Shown in pieces: positions 18,864 through 29,087 of a stretch of 64,000 nucleotides of DNA. How positions within the stretch are numbered: the first letter of the stretch is position 1; each line of letters begins with the position of its first letter. Location: NCBI GenBank assembly GCA_043803745.1, contig JAZDJS010000019.1, forward strand, positions 1 through 64,000, read 5' to 3'. This DNA is from an archaeon (lineage in GTDB: Archaea; SpSt-1190; DYHY01). The notes beneath the pieces are model-generated. The model saw only the letters and a list, made by a program, of their open reading frames with translations, ran no database searches and was not told where the DNA came from. Made by a program: the position numbers and the translations under genes.

Positions 18864-19658
18864 CTAGGAAAGCCCGAAACCCTTCCTGACGAGCCAGTCA
18901 AGGAGTTTTTCCGGCAGGAACGCCTTTAGGAAAAGCAGGATTCCCGTGGGGCCTGCGACGACATACCTCGCTTTCGGATTCCGCGCGGTTGCGGCGGAAA
19001 ATATTGCGCGCGCAATCTCCTCGGGAGCGAGTCCGTATTTTTCGAACCGTTCCATTATCTTTTCGCGCTTCAGGTAGTAATCCCCGTACGGAGACCCCTT
19101 GCGACCGAGAGCGCCCCTGGAAATTCCCGACGCATATTTCGAAAAGTTCGTCCTTATTGGGCCCGGCTCGACAATCGCAACCTTGACCTTGAACGGCGCA
19201 AGCTCGCTCCGCAGGGAATCCGAAATCCCCTCGACAGCGAACTTTGTCCCTGCGTAAATGGAACCGAAAGGAAACCCGATTTTCCCGGCAACCGAGCTTA
19301 CGTTCACTACAATCCCCTTGCTTTTCCTGAGAAAGGGAAGCGCGTATCTGGTTGCCTCGACAAGCCCGAGGACGTTTGTCCGAAACTGCTCCTCGACCGC
19401 CCGGGGCGGGACATCCTCAAGGGCGCCGAAAAGCCCGTAGCCCGCGTTGTTGACAAGGCAGTCAAGCTGCCCTTGTTCTTGCGAAATCCTTGAAACGACC
19501 TTTCCGATTGAGGAAAAATCGCAGACATCAAGATAGACCATCCTGCAGCCGGGCACCCGCACTTTCGTTTTCCGGAAGCCGGCATAGACAATCCAGCCCC
19601 GCTTGGAAAATAGTTCGGCTGCTGCAAGCCCGATTCCGCTCGAGGCCCCGGTAATCAA
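18864..19658 (-). CDS. Short-chain dehydrogenase/reductase
   Basis: TGASSGIG, NNAG, YAGTK. Confidence 0.93.
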   Translation of the reverse strand: MITGASSGIGLAAAELFSKRGWIVYAGFRKTKVRVPGCRMVYLDVCDFSSIGKVVSRISQEQGQLDCLVNNAGYGLFGALEDVPPRAVEEQFRTNVLGLVEATRYALPFLRKSKGIVVNVSSVAGKIGFPFGSIYAGTKFAVEGISDSLRSELAPFKVKVAIVEPGPIRTNFSKYASGISRGALGRKGSPYGDYYLKREKIMERFEKYGLAPEEIARAIFSAATARNPKARYVVAGPTGILLFLKAFLPEKLLDWLVRKGFGLS

Positions 19659-19678
19659 TACAACTTTTTTCTCAGCCG

Positions 19679-20326
19679 TCAGAGAAGCTCAGCTCCCTTG
19701 AGATATTCGGGAAGGTTGCCGACTCCCTCGATTGTCTCGACTCCGGCCAGTTCAAGTTCCTCTTTTCCATGGCCGCCGCCAAGAACCCCGAGGGCAATGC
19801 ATCCTGCGTTCCGCGCGCCGACCGCATCAAGCGGAGCGTCCCCGATGCAGACCGTTTCGGCCGGCTCGACCCCGAGTTCCCTGCAGACGTGGAGGAACGG
19901 CGCGCCGGTAATCTTCCCCTCGGGGAAATCGGCAGCTGAAGCAAGCGAGGAAAAGTGGTGCAGGATTCCCGCTGCCGAAAGGTAGTGCTTCATGTTCGGG
20001 AGCGGCCCGCCGGAAACCGCGCCGATTTTTATCCCGCGCTTCTCGAGGAAGACTATTGTCCCGACAACCCCCTCGAAAATCGGGAAAGCGGGGACCTCCC
20101 TTCGGAAGGTTTCCTGGAGGCAGCGGTCTATTTCCTCGGGATTCTTCTCCGGCAAAAGCTCCCTCGCAAGCTGGGCGGGGGATTTTCCCAGGTGCTTTTT
20201 CAGCTCGTCCGGTTTGAGGAAGAGCCCGAATTTTTCGAACACCCCGGACCAGAGGCGGGTGACTATTTCCGCCGAATTCAGGAGGGTTCCGTCAATGTCA
20301 AAGATGACTGCTTTGATTTTTCCCAT
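19679..20326 (-). CDS. HAD family hydrolase
   Basis: IFDIDGTL and IGDAPLDA..ARNAG; start moved to MGKIK. Confidence 0.9.
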   Translation of the reverse strand: MGKIKAVIFDIDGTLLNSAEIVTRLWSGVFEKFGLFLKPDELKKHLGKSPAQLARELLPEKNPEEIDRCLQETFRREVPAFPIFEGVVGTIVFLEKRGIKIGAVSGGPLPNMKHYLSAAGILHHFSSLASAADFPEGKITGAPFLHVCRELGVEPAETVCIGDAPLDAVGARNAGCIALGVLGGGHGKEELELAGVETIEGVGNLPEYLKGAELL

Positions 20327-20489
20327 CCTTGCGCGAGCCCGGCCCGATTCAATTATAAAACCGGCGCTTTTCCGGAAAGGTGGAAATTGAAAGGAAGAAG
20401 GCACTTTTCGCATTAAGGAATCTTGAACGCTTCGTTCCGATAGGTAGGAGAGGATTTTTTATTTAAGCCCGGCTTCCGGCTCTCGCCTG

Positions 20490-21065
20490 ATGGAGGAAAA
20501 GAAACTCGGCCTGCTTCTCCTTTCCGGGGGGATTGATTCGCCGGTCGCGGGCTTCCTTGTCAAAAGAGCCGGCTTCCGGCTTGCGGCGGTGCATTTCTCC
20601 TCAGAGCCCTTCGTTGGCCCTGAAATCGAGGAGAAATGCGGCGTGCTCGCAAAGAAAATCGGCGCGGAAGAATTCCTTGCCGAAAACGTCGGGAAGGACC
20701 TCGAGGAACTGGCGAGCAAATGCAAATATTCCCTATATTACGTCCTGCAAAAGAGGCTTCTCCTGAGACGAGCCGATAAAATCGCCGGAAAAATCGGCGC
20801 GGATTTCCTCGTCACCGGAGAGAACCTCGGACAGGTGTCGAGCCAGACTCTTTCGAACCTTGCCGTGATAGATTCAGCCACGCGCCTTCCGATTGCCAGG
20901 CCCCTGATTTCCTTCGACAAAGAGGAGATTATCGCAATCGCCCGAAAGCTCGGAACTTTCGAGATTTCCAAAGGACCCGAAGCCTGCTGCGTCCTCGGAC
21001 CCAAGCATCCGGCGACTTTTTCCAATATTGGGCAGGTCTTAGAAGAGGAGCAAAAGTTAAAATAG
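20490..21065 (+). CDS. thiI: ThiI-like PP-loop sulfurtransferase lacking a THUMP domain
   Basis: LSGGIDSPVA, TGENLGQVSSQTLSNL, RPLI.FDKEEI, CC...PKHPAT. Confidence 0.8.
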   Translation: MEEKKLGLLLLSGGIDSPVAGFLVKRAGFRLAAVHFSSEPFVGPEIEEKCGVLAKKIGAEEFLAENVGKDLEELASKCKYSLYYVLQKRLLLRRADKIAGKIGADFLVTGENLGQVSSQTLSNLAVIDSATRLPIARPLISFDKEEIIAIARKLGTFEISKGPEACCVLGPKHPATFSNIGQVLEEEQKLK

Positions 21066-21086
21066 GCGCGAATCTTCCCAGTCGCC

Positions 21087-21377
21087 ATGCCGAAAGTGAC
21101 GTTTTCCGACGAGGGTGGAAGGGAAGTTGAGGCGGAACCTGACGAGCCGCTGATAACCGTGTGCAAGAAGAACGATTCCAAGCTCGTGTTCGGCTGCGAG
21201 GCGGGGGTCTGCGGGACATGCATGATAAACGTTCTCGAGGGCGCAGGGAACCTCTCAGCCCCGGAGGACCAGGAGAAGGACTCGCTGATAATGTTCTCGG
21301 CGAAGGAAGGCCAGCGCCTTGCCTGCCAGTGCAAGGTGAAAGGTGACGTTAAGATAGAGAAGGCTACTGATATCTGA
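21087..21377 (+). CDS. 2Fe-2S ferredoxin
   Basis: FGCEAGVCGTC...RLACQC. Confidence 0.92.
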   Translation: MPKVTFSDEGGREVEAEPDEPLITVCKKNDSKLVFGCEAGVCGTCMINVLEGAGNLSAPEDQEKDSLIMFSAKEGQRLACQCKVKGDVKIEKATDI

Positions 21378-21388
21378 GGCGGGCGGAA

Positions 21389-21934
21389 ATGGCTGAGAAT
21401 AGAAAAGAGAATTTCTTTCCCGTCGAGCTTGATTTCGCGAATGTCGGCGGGTGTCTTTTCACGTCGCTCTTCGTTCTCGGGAACATAATCTTCCCCTGGC
21501 TTGTCCACACAATACCCCAGGGCGGGCTAAAGTTCCTGCCTATCTACTTCTTCGTCCTTGTCAGCTCCTACAAGTTCGGGTGGAAGGTCGGGATCCTGAC
21601 AGCCGTCCTTTCCCCGATTGCGAACACCATTCTCACCGGGATGCCTCCGGCGGCAATGCTTCCGGCAATCCTTGTGAAGGGCGCTGCGCTCGTCCTTGCC
21701 GCATCAGCGGTTTCCTTCGGGACGAAAAAGCTCTCCATCTTAAACCTCGGGCTTGTTGTCATCGGCTACCAGGCGCTCGGGACTTTTTTCGATGCTGCCT
21801 ATTCCGGAAGCGTGCAGAAGGCTCTCTCGGATTTCGCGCTCGGGTGGCCCGGGCTCCTGATCCAAGTTTTCGGCGGATATGCTATCCTGAAGCTTCTAGG
21901 GACATACAGGCCTTTGGGAAAATCTGCGGCTTAA
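21389..21934 (+). CDS. ECF transporter S-component
   Basis: LPIYFFVL, SP..N..LTGMP, GWPGLLIQ; about 6 TM segments. Confidence 0.8.
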   Translation: MAENRKENFFPVELDFANVGGCLFTSLFVLGNIIFPWLVHTIPQGGLKFLPIYFFVLVSSYKFGWKVGILTAVLSPIANTILTGMPPAAMLPAILVKGAALVLAASAVSFGTKKLSILNLGLVVIGYQALGTFFDAAYSGSVQKALSDFALGWPGLLIQVFGGYAILKLLGTYRPLGKSAA

Positions 21935-21940
21935 GCCCAC

Positions 21941-22540
21941 TTAGACCAGTTTGGCCCTTTTCGCAAATTCCTCAATCTTTCCCCAGTCAAGGTTCTTGAA
22001 ATAAGCCTCGATATACGATTTCCTGTCGCTTCCGAAATCTATGAAATAGGCATGCTCGTAAACGTCAAGGGCTGCAAGCGGGATTGTCCCCCATACCCCG
22101 CCCTGGTTATGGGCATCTCCGGTATAGTTGTGCAGGCGCCCGTCAGAGGGGTCGTAAGCGAGGATTGCCCAGCCCCTTGCGCTCATCCCGCAGGCGGCGA
22201 AATCCTCTTTCCAGGAATTAAAGGAGCCAAAATCCCTTTCAAGGAGCGTGATTATCTTCCCCTTAGGCGTCCCGTCCCCGCCGAGAATCCCGAAGAATAT
22301 CTCGTGCAATATCTGGCCGTTCGCCGCGAAGGTTTCCTGCCGCTTCAGCTCCCCGAAATCCGAATGGGTTGCGTTTGCTTTCGATCTGTCCGCGGTTTTC
22401 AGTGCGGATTCGATCTCGTTGCGCTTGTTGACGTAACCGGTGTAGAGCTTTCCGTGGTGTATCTGGTTTGTCTTGTCGGAAATCCCCTGGAGAGTCCCGA
22501 AGGTGAGCGGCTTTGCCTTGTGTGCATTTTCGTTTTCCAT
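21941..22540 (-). CDS. sod: Fe/Mn superoxide dismutase
   Basis: HHGKLYTGYV, LHEIFF, DVYEHAYFID. Confidence 0.95.
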   Translation of the reverse strand: MENENAHKAKPLTFGTLQGISDKTNQIHHGKLYTGYVNKRNEIESALKTADRSKANATHSDFGELKRQETFAANGQILHEIFFGILGGDGTPKGKIITLLERDFGSFNSWKEDFAACGMSARGWAILAYDPSDGRLHNYTGDAHNQGGVWGTIPLAALDVYEHAYFIDFGSDRKSYIEAYFKNLDWGKIEEFAKRAKLV

Positions 22541-22597
22541 GGAAGATTAGGGCGAACCCGGTTTAAAAGGGTTTCCCTCTGCTACCTGGTACACTTT

Positions 22598-23524
22598 CTA
22601 TACCTTGCTGCTCGTCGAGATTCCGGAAATGAACGAGAGCCCGAAGGAGCGCCCGAAGGTTGCCGCGAACTGCCCGACCAATCTCTCCCAGTCGGTTGCT
22701 ATCGAGATTTCGCTTACCATGCATGCTTCGCAGTTCGAGATTTCCTTCGCCTCCTCTATTGCCGAATCCTCGTCGCCGAGGGAATCCGCAAGCCTGAGGG
22801 AAATCGCATCCCGCCCGAGGAAAACCTGCCCCTGGGAAAGGTTGAGGAGCTCCTCGCGGGAGAGCCCCCTTGCTTCTGAAATCCCGGAAATGAACTCCTC
22901 GTGGACCTTGTCGACAAGCTCCTGGAACTGCTCCTGCTCCTCAAAAGTCAGCGGCTTGGAAAGCGAGCCGGCATCCTTGTACTTTCCGGCCTTCGTCGTG
23001 GTTATGTTGACCCCTATCTTCTCAAGGAGTTTCGAGGCATCTATTGTCTCGGAAATGACTCCGATCGAGCCTACTATCGCGAGGGGGGAGACGATTGTCC
23101 TGTTCCCGGATGCGAGGAGCCAGTAGCCTCCGGAGGCTGCGACGTCCGTCGAGAAGGTGACAACGGGCTTTTTCCCTGCAAGCGCCCTTATCGAGTTCGC
23201 AAGGTCAAGGGTTCCCGCGGCATCCCCGCCGGGGGAGGAGACTTCGATAACGACCGCGGATACTAGCGGGTCGTCCCCGAGTTCCGAGAGTATTGAGCGC
23301 ACGCGCCTGCGGTCTATTTCAGCATAGCCCCCGAGAGCGCCCGCCGAGCCGATTGTCCCCTCGAGCCGGAGGAGAACTATCTCCTTCGGGGTCGAGACCT
23401 CCGGGAGCTTCATTGAGACGAGGACAAACACCAGGGAAAGCGAGAAAATCCCGAGCATAACAAGCAGAATCGTCATAATCCTTTTCCTCAAAAACGCCAT
23501 TGTTTCCTTCTCATCTCCATTCAA
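22598..23524 (-). CDS. sppA: Signal peptide peptidase A (S49)
   Basis: SSPGG, AASGGYW, GSIGV, GKYKD. Confidence 0.93.
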   Translation of the reverse strand: MNGDEKETMAFLRKRIMTILLVMLGIFSLSLVFVLVSMKLPEVSTPKEIVLLRLEGTIGSAGALGGYAEIDRRRVRSILSELGDDPLVSAVVIEVSSPGGDAAGTLDLANSIRALAGKKPVVTFSTDVAASGGYWLLASGNRTIVSPLAIVGSIGVISETIDASKLLEKIGVNITTTKAGKYKDAGSLSKPLTFEEQEQFQELVDKVHEEFISGISEARGLSREELLNLSQGQVFLGRDAISLRLADSLGDEDSAIEEAKEISNCEACMVSEISIATDWERLVGQFAATFGRSFGLSFISGISTSSKV

Positions 23525-23906
23525 CCGTCCGTGTTCTCGTAAGCTTCTCCGTATATCTCTGCCGCTCCTTGCCGATTATCACCGGGAGCGAGTCGAGCAT
23601 CAGGAAGGGAAGCGCTGCTTTTGTCAGGTTCCTGCCGAGCGCCTGGAGTGGGTTCAAGTTCCCGCTTGCCAATGTGGAAACCGTCCGTATTCCGAAAATC
23701 ATCTTCCCGAGGCTCTGGCCGGAAAGCAGGTCGCAGAGGGTCCAGTAAATCACGGATGACGCCGAGAGGAAAAGCGAGACAAGCAGGGCGAACATCCCCC
23801 TTTCCGGGATTTTCAGGAAGACCGAGATCGGGAAGGAGGCTATTACGGAAAGGACCAAGTTGTCGACTAAATAGGCTCCGACCCGCCTTCCGAACAGCTC
23901 GTTCAT
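23511..23906 (-). CDS. RDD family membrane protein
   Basis: RRVGAYLVD, GQSLGKMIFGIR, RQR; start moved to MNELF. Confidence 0.85.
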   Translation of the reverse strand: MNELFGRRVGAYLVDNLVLSVIASFPISVFLKIPERGMFALLVSLFLSASSVIYWTLCDLLSGQSLGKMIFGIRTVSTLASGNLNPLQALGRNLTKAALPFLMLDSLPVIIGKERQRYTEKLTRTRTVEWR

Positions 23907-23960
23907 CTGAGCTGGGCCCCCAGGGGGAAGATTTATTAGTTTGTCGGATTTCCCCGCAAT

Positions 23961-25256
23961 ATGCTTGACATAAGGTTCATTCGCGAGAATCCGGATGCGG
24001 TCAGACGGGATCTGGAGAGACGTGGCGGGGACGGCTCGCTTCTCGCGCTTCTTGAGAAAACCGTTGAAAACGACAAAACAGCTCGGCAGTTGAATGTACA
24101 AGTCGAGAACCTGCGGGCGGAACGGAACCGGATTACGGAGGAGATTTCGCAGGCGAAGAAAGCCGGGGGCGCAGCGTCAGCCAAGACCGTTGCGCGGAGC
24201 AAGGAGGTTCCTGCGGAGATAAAGGGTTCCGAGGAAAATCTCAACCTGCTCAAGAACGAGCTCCATGAGGCTCTTCTGCGCCTGCCGAACACCTTGCACG
24301 AGTCGGTTCCGTTCGGAAAGGATGATTCCGAGAACTCCGTTGTACGGACCTGGGGCGAGGCGCGAAAGCATTCCTTCGAGCCAAAGGGCCACGAGGAAAT
24401 CCTCCTCAGCCTCGGGATGCTTGACCTTGAGCGGGCTGCCAAGATTTCCGGGTCGCGGTTCTATTTCATGAAAGGCGACCTCGTCCTCCTTGACATGTCG
24501 CTGCAGAGGTTCGCGGCAGACCTCCTTATCGAGCGCGGATTCACGGTTGTAAACCCCCCTGCAATAATGGGGCATGAAGCATACATGGGAGTAACTGACC
24601 TGGGGACCTTCGAGGAAATGCTTTACAAGATAGACGGCGAACCCGCCTATTTGATTGCGACAAGCGAGCATCCCCTCGGCGGGATGATGATGGACGAGAC
24701 GCTCCTTGAAGGGGAGCTGCCGCTGCGGCTTGCCGGGATAAGCCCCTGCTTCAGGAAGGAGGCTGGCGCGCACGGGAAGGATACGAAAGGGATTTTTCGG
24801 GTCCACCAGTTCAACAAGATAGAGCAGTTCGTCTTCTGCAACCCGAACGAATCCTGGAAAATCCATGAGGAACTGATTGACAATGCCGAGGAGATTTTCC
24901 GGAGGCTTGAAATCCCGCACAGGGTGGTGAACGTCTGCACAGGCGACATCGGGACTGTTGCTGCGAAGAAATACGATCTTGAGGCATGGATGCCCGTCCA
25001 GGGGAAGTACAGGGAAATGGTCTCCTGCTCGAACTGCACGTCCTACCAGGCGGTCCGGCTCAACGTCCGCTTCAGGAAGGCTCCCGGGACGCCGTCGGAA
25101 TACCTGCACACGCTCAACTCGACAGCGATTGCGACAACGAGAGCGATTGTCGCGCTAATCGAGAATTTCCAGACAAAGGACGGGACAGTCAATCTCCCGA
25201 AGGCGCTCTGGGGCTATGTTGGAAAAAGGGAGCTTGCCCCGATAGAGAAAAGGTGA
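23961..25256 (+). CDS. serS: Seryl-tRNA synthetase
   Basis: MLDIRFIREN, ATSEHP, FRKEAG, FRVHQFNKIE, HTLNST. Confidence 0.97.
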   Translation: MLDIRFIRENPDAVRRDLERRGGDGSLLALLEKTVENDKTARQLNVQVENLRAERNRITEEISQAKKAGGAASAKTVARSKEVPAEIKGSEENLNLLKNELHEALLRLPNTLHESVPFGKDDSENSVVRTWGEARKHSFEPKGHEEILLSLGMLDLERAAKISGSRFYFMKGDLVLLDMSLQRFAADLLIERGFTVVNPPAIMGHEAYMGVTDLGTFEEMLYKIDGEPAYLIATSEHPLGGMMMDETLLEGELPLRLAGISPCFRKEAGAHGKDTKGIFRVHQFNKIEQFVFCNPNESWKIHEELIDNAEEIFRRLEIPHRVVNVCTGDIGTVAAKKYDLEAWMPVQGKYREMVSCSNCTSYQAVRLNVRFRKAPGTPSEYLHTLNSTAIATTRAIVALIENFQTKDGTVNLPKALWGYVGKRELAPIEKR

Positions 25257-25261
25257 AAGAA

Positions 25262-26212
25262 ATGCCCGGACCGAAGATATTCGTTTTCAGCTCAGTTCCA
25301 AAGACTGAAGGCGACTTTCCTAGGCTTTCCGCGCTTGGGAAGGTCTCAGTTGTCATTGGCCAAAAGCTTTCGGAAGAGGCGACAATCGAGCTTGGGAAGG
25401 AAGCGGAAATAATAGTTGCGGGGCCCTCGACAATACCGAAATTCTCGGAAAGGCTTTTTTCCAGCCTTCCCAGCCTGAAACTTGTCTGCACGATGACTGT
25501 CGGGGTCGGCTGGCTCGACCTTGGGGCTGCGAAAAGGCGCGGGGTTGTCGTGAGCAACGCAAAGGGCGCGAACACGGAATCCGTTGCGGAGCATATCTGG
25601 GAAATGATACTTGACCTCTCAAAGCGGGCGAGCGAATTCTGGTGGGACGCGCGAACGAAGGGCGCTTGCAGGTTCCAGGAATACAAGGGTAGGGAGGTTT
25701 ACGGCAAGACTATTGGAATAATAGGCCTTGGGAACATAGGGACGAAGGTTGCGCGGATTGCCGGAGGCTTTGACATGCGGGTGATTGGTCTAAACAAAAG
25801 CGGCAGGCCCGTTCCTGGTGTTGAGCTCGTCACTTTTGAGAAACTTTTGAAGGAGAGTGATGTTATTGTCCTGGCTGTCCCGACATTGGAAGAAACCCTT
25901 GGCTTGATAGGGGAGAGGGAAATCTCCGAAATGAAGGACGGCGTTATTGTCGTGAATTGCGCTAACGAGGATATTGTCAACAAGGACGCTATTGTCGCCG
26001 CGGTCAGGAGCGGGAAGGTTTTCGGCTACGGGGTTGAGACCGATCTCATGCAGCCTATTCCGAAGGAAGACCCATATTTCACCACCCCGAGGATTTTCGC
26101 ATGCCCCGCTAACGCATTCAACACTTCCGATTCCGACAGGAAAATCCTTGATGTTACTGCTGAAAACATCTCAGGCTTCCTTTCCGGAGAGCCGAAGAAC
26201 CGGGTTGCCTAG
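25262..26212 (+). CDS. D-isomer-specific 2-hydroxyacid dehydrogenase family protein
   Basis: SVAEH, GKTIGIIGLGNIG; the usual catalytic R and H positions look altered (NCAN, PANAF). Confidence 0.85.
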   Translation: MPGPKIFVFSSVPKTEGDFPRLSALGKVSVVIGQKLSEEATIELGKEAEIIVAGPSTIPKFSERLFSSLPSLKLVCTMTVGVGWLDLGAAKRRGVVVSNAKGANTESVAEHIWEMILDLSKRASEFWWDARTKGACRFQEYKGREVYGKTIGIIGLGNIGTKVARIAGGFDMRVIGLNKSGRPVPGVELVTFEKLLKESDVIVLAVPTLEETLGLIGEREISEMKDGVIVVNCANEDIVNKDAIVAAVRSGKVFGYGVETDLMQPIPKEDPYFTTPRIFACPANAFNTSDSDRKILDVTAENISGFLSGEPKNRVA

Positions 26213-26263
26213 CCTTGCCAAAGTAACCCGAACTTATTTAAACTAACTCCGGCTAATTCCTCC

Positions 26264-26527
26264 GTGGCAAGGCAGATAGCAATGAACCTGACGGTGAACG
26301 AGTATGCCAGCCGGGTCCTTGGCGTAATCAAGGAGAGATACGGCCTGCGGGACAAGGCTGCCGCGCTTGAGAAATTCGCGGAACTTTACGGTACGGAGTT
26401 CGTCGAACCTGAAGTGAATGAGGAAACTGTCCGGGAAATAGTGGAATCCTGCAATGCCCACGTTAAAAAGCACGGAATGAGGAAGCTGTCCCTGAAGGAG
26501 CTTGACCGGCTCTCGGGAGCAGATTAG
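26264..26527 (+). CDS. Antitoxin (DUF2683-like)
   Basis: RVLGVIKERYGLRDK..EPEV; upstream of a RelE toxin. Confidence 0.75.
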   Translation: MARQIAMNLTVNEYASRVLGVIKERYGLRDKAAALEKFAELYGTEFVEPEVNEETVREIVESCNAHVKKHGMRKLSLKELDRLSGAD

Positions 26528-26531
26528 GGAT

Positions 26532-26813
26532 TTGGACCAGTTCACCTTCGACCTTTCCGATCACCTGAGGGAAACCCTGGGGAAACTTGCGAAAAAGGAT
26601 CGGAAAAGGGCTCTGATTCTCAACAAGAAAATCAGGGAAATAATTTCAAGTCCCTCGGGAATTGACCATTACAAGAACCTGAGGCATGATCTTTCGGATT
26701 ACAAGCGGGTGCATATTGACTCGAACTTTGTCCTTTTTTTCAGGGTTTTCCGGCGGGAAAAACACATCCTTTTCGAGCGGCTTGAGCATCACGACCGGAT
26801 ATACCGAAAATAG
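26532..26813 (+). CDS. relE: RelE/StbE family toxin
   Basis: YKNLRHDL, KRVHI, HHDRIY; TTG start. Confidence 0.85.
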   Translation: MDQFTFDLSDHLRETLGKLAKKDRKRALILNKKIREIISSPSGIDHYKNLRHDLSDYKRVHIDSNFVLFFRVFRREKHILFERLEHHDRIYRK

Positions 26814-26863
26814 GGGAAACTTCCCCTCCCAACGAATAAATAGCCGGTTTCCTTCTTCCTGGC

Positions 26864-29064
26864 ATGGCCGAGCCCTACTCCCTGATAATTGCCGAAAAGC
26901 CGAACGCTGCCGGAAAAATCGCCCAGGCTCTTGCGGATGGGGGCGTCAGCATACAAAAGCACGGAAAGGTCTCGGTCTTCGAGCTTTCCCACAAAGGGAA
27001 AAGATTGTCGTTGTCTCGGCAGTCGGGCACCTCTACGGCCTTGCCGAGAAGGACAAGGGAAGGTGGACATACCTAGTCCTTGAAACCAAGTGGGTTCCCG
27101 TCTGGGAGTCCAACAAGGGCGCCGGCTTCGCAAGGCCGTATCTTTCGGCAATCCAGAATTTCTCCGAGGGCGCTAGCGAGGTTTACAACGCAACAGACTA
27201 TGATGTCGAGGGCGCCGTGATAGGGTATAACATCCTCAAGTTCGCCTGCGGAAGGTCGGACGCCCGCAGGATGAAATTCTCAACCCTTACCGCGCGGGAG
27301 CTCCAATTCGCTTTCGAGAGCGCGGCAGAGCACCTGGACTTTCCCCAGATCGAGGCGGGGCTTGCAAGGCATGAATTGGACTGGCTCTATGGGATAAACC
27401 TTTCGCGCGCCCTTACCCTTGCGATAAAGAAGGCTGGGAGATGGCAGGTTCTTTCGACCGGGCGGGTCCAGGGTCCCGCTCTTGCGCTCCTTGCAAGGAG
27501 AGAGCGGGAAATCGCGGCTTTCAAGCCAACCCCCTACTGGCAGATCGAGCTCCTTACTGAGAAATCCCGGCAGGGAATAAGCGCGCTCCATGTCGCTGAC
27601 AAGCTCTGGGACAGGAAAACGGCTGATGAAATAATCCGGAAAACCTCCGGGGCTGAGAGTTGCACCGTTTCAAATATTGAAAAGAAAACCTATTCCCAAG
27701 CGCCCCCGACGCCCTTTGACCTGACAAAGCTCCAGACCGAGGCATACCGGCATTTCGGTTTCGCTCCGGCGCGCACGCAGTCGATTGCCCAGGCGCTCTA
27801 TGAAAAGGCGCTCATAAGCTATCCAAGGACGAGTTCGCAGAAGCTTCCAGCGCGCCTGAACCTCAGGGAGATTCTTGTCAGCCTTTCCAGGCAGAAGAAA
27901 TATTCCGAGCCTGCCGGGATGCTTGCAGCCAAGGAGGGATTGAGACCGAACGAGGGGAATAAGGAGGATCCGGCGCATCCCGCAATACATCCGACCGGCG
28001 AGAGGCCGAAAAGCCTCACTGAAGAGCAAGGCAAGCTCTACGACCTAATTGTCCTCCGGTTCCTAGCCGTTTTCGGCGAGCCTGCCGAGAGGGAGACTGT
28101 TACTGCAACCTTCGATGTCAATGGCGAGCTTTTCTCGGCAGCGGGACACACTACGACAAAGGCCGGATGGATTGAGCTCTATGGTCCCTATGCAAAGTTC
28201 GAGGAAAACACGCTTCCCGCCCTGAAGAAGGGGGAACCCCTTCCGGTGAATTCAATAAACCTCCTTTCCAAGGAAACCGAGCCCCCGCCAAGGTATAACG
28301 AGGCAAGCCTTATCCGGGAGCTTGAGAAGGAAAATCTCGGGACGAAGGCAACTAGAGCCGACATAATCCGGACTCTCTATTCCCGCGGCTATGTCGCCGA
28401 AAAGAAGATTGTCGTAACTGAACTTGGCATGGCTGTTGTCGAATCCCTTGAGAAGAACGCTCCGAAGATAATCTCCCCGGAGCTCACAAGGGAGCTCGAG
28501 GGAGAGATGGAGAACATTGTCGCGGGCAAAACTAAACGGGAGAGTGTTATCGACCGGGCGAAGAAGGTCCTTGTCGAAACCCTCGAGGGCTTCCGGGAAA
28601 AGGAGAAGGAGGTCGGAGAAATCCTGCTCAAGGGCCTTCAGGTAACCCAGAAGGTGAAGGAAACCCTCGGAGCCTGCCCGTCCTGCGGCGGGACGCTCAA
28701 GATTGTCTTCAACCCAAAAACGAGGAAGAAGTTCGTCGGCTGCTCCGGCTATCCTACCTGCAAGAATGCATATCCGCTCCCCTCCGGGTTGATTGAAACG
28801 ACTGAGAAGGTTTGCGAGTTCTGCAGGGCGCCGGCGATAAAGGTGATCCGGGCAGGTAAGAGACCGTTCGTGATGTGCCTGACAGTTGAATGCGAATCGA
28901 AGAAGGATTGGGGGAAGAAAAACCCGCCCGGGACAGGCAACGAAAAAAGAAGCGCTGCGGCCATATTGACAAGTGTTCCGAACAAGGAAAGAATCCAGCT
29001 GGTCGATGAAGAAGGTGAGAAGGATACTTCTTCGGCTGACGAAGGGATTGGAGAAGAAAAATAA
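26864..29064 (+). CDS. topA: DNA topoisomerase I (type IA), with a 1-nt frameshift near 27000
   Basis: IIAEKP in one frame; AVGHLY, DYDVEG, STGRVQ, SYPRT and zinc ribbons in the -1 frame. Confidence 0.9.
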
Positions 29065-29087
29065 AAACTCCTTCCCCGCTCACGCGC

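Noticed and set aside
24177-25109. Long antisense ORFs here and opposite sod/sppA, the AAA+ gene, alaS and others
   Set aside because: They shadow well-supported genes and are expected from GC-rich codon bias.
26686-26863. ORF-track start of topA
   Set aside because: It overlaps the RelE gene and has no topoisomerase motifs; the true N-terminus is at 26864 in another frame.
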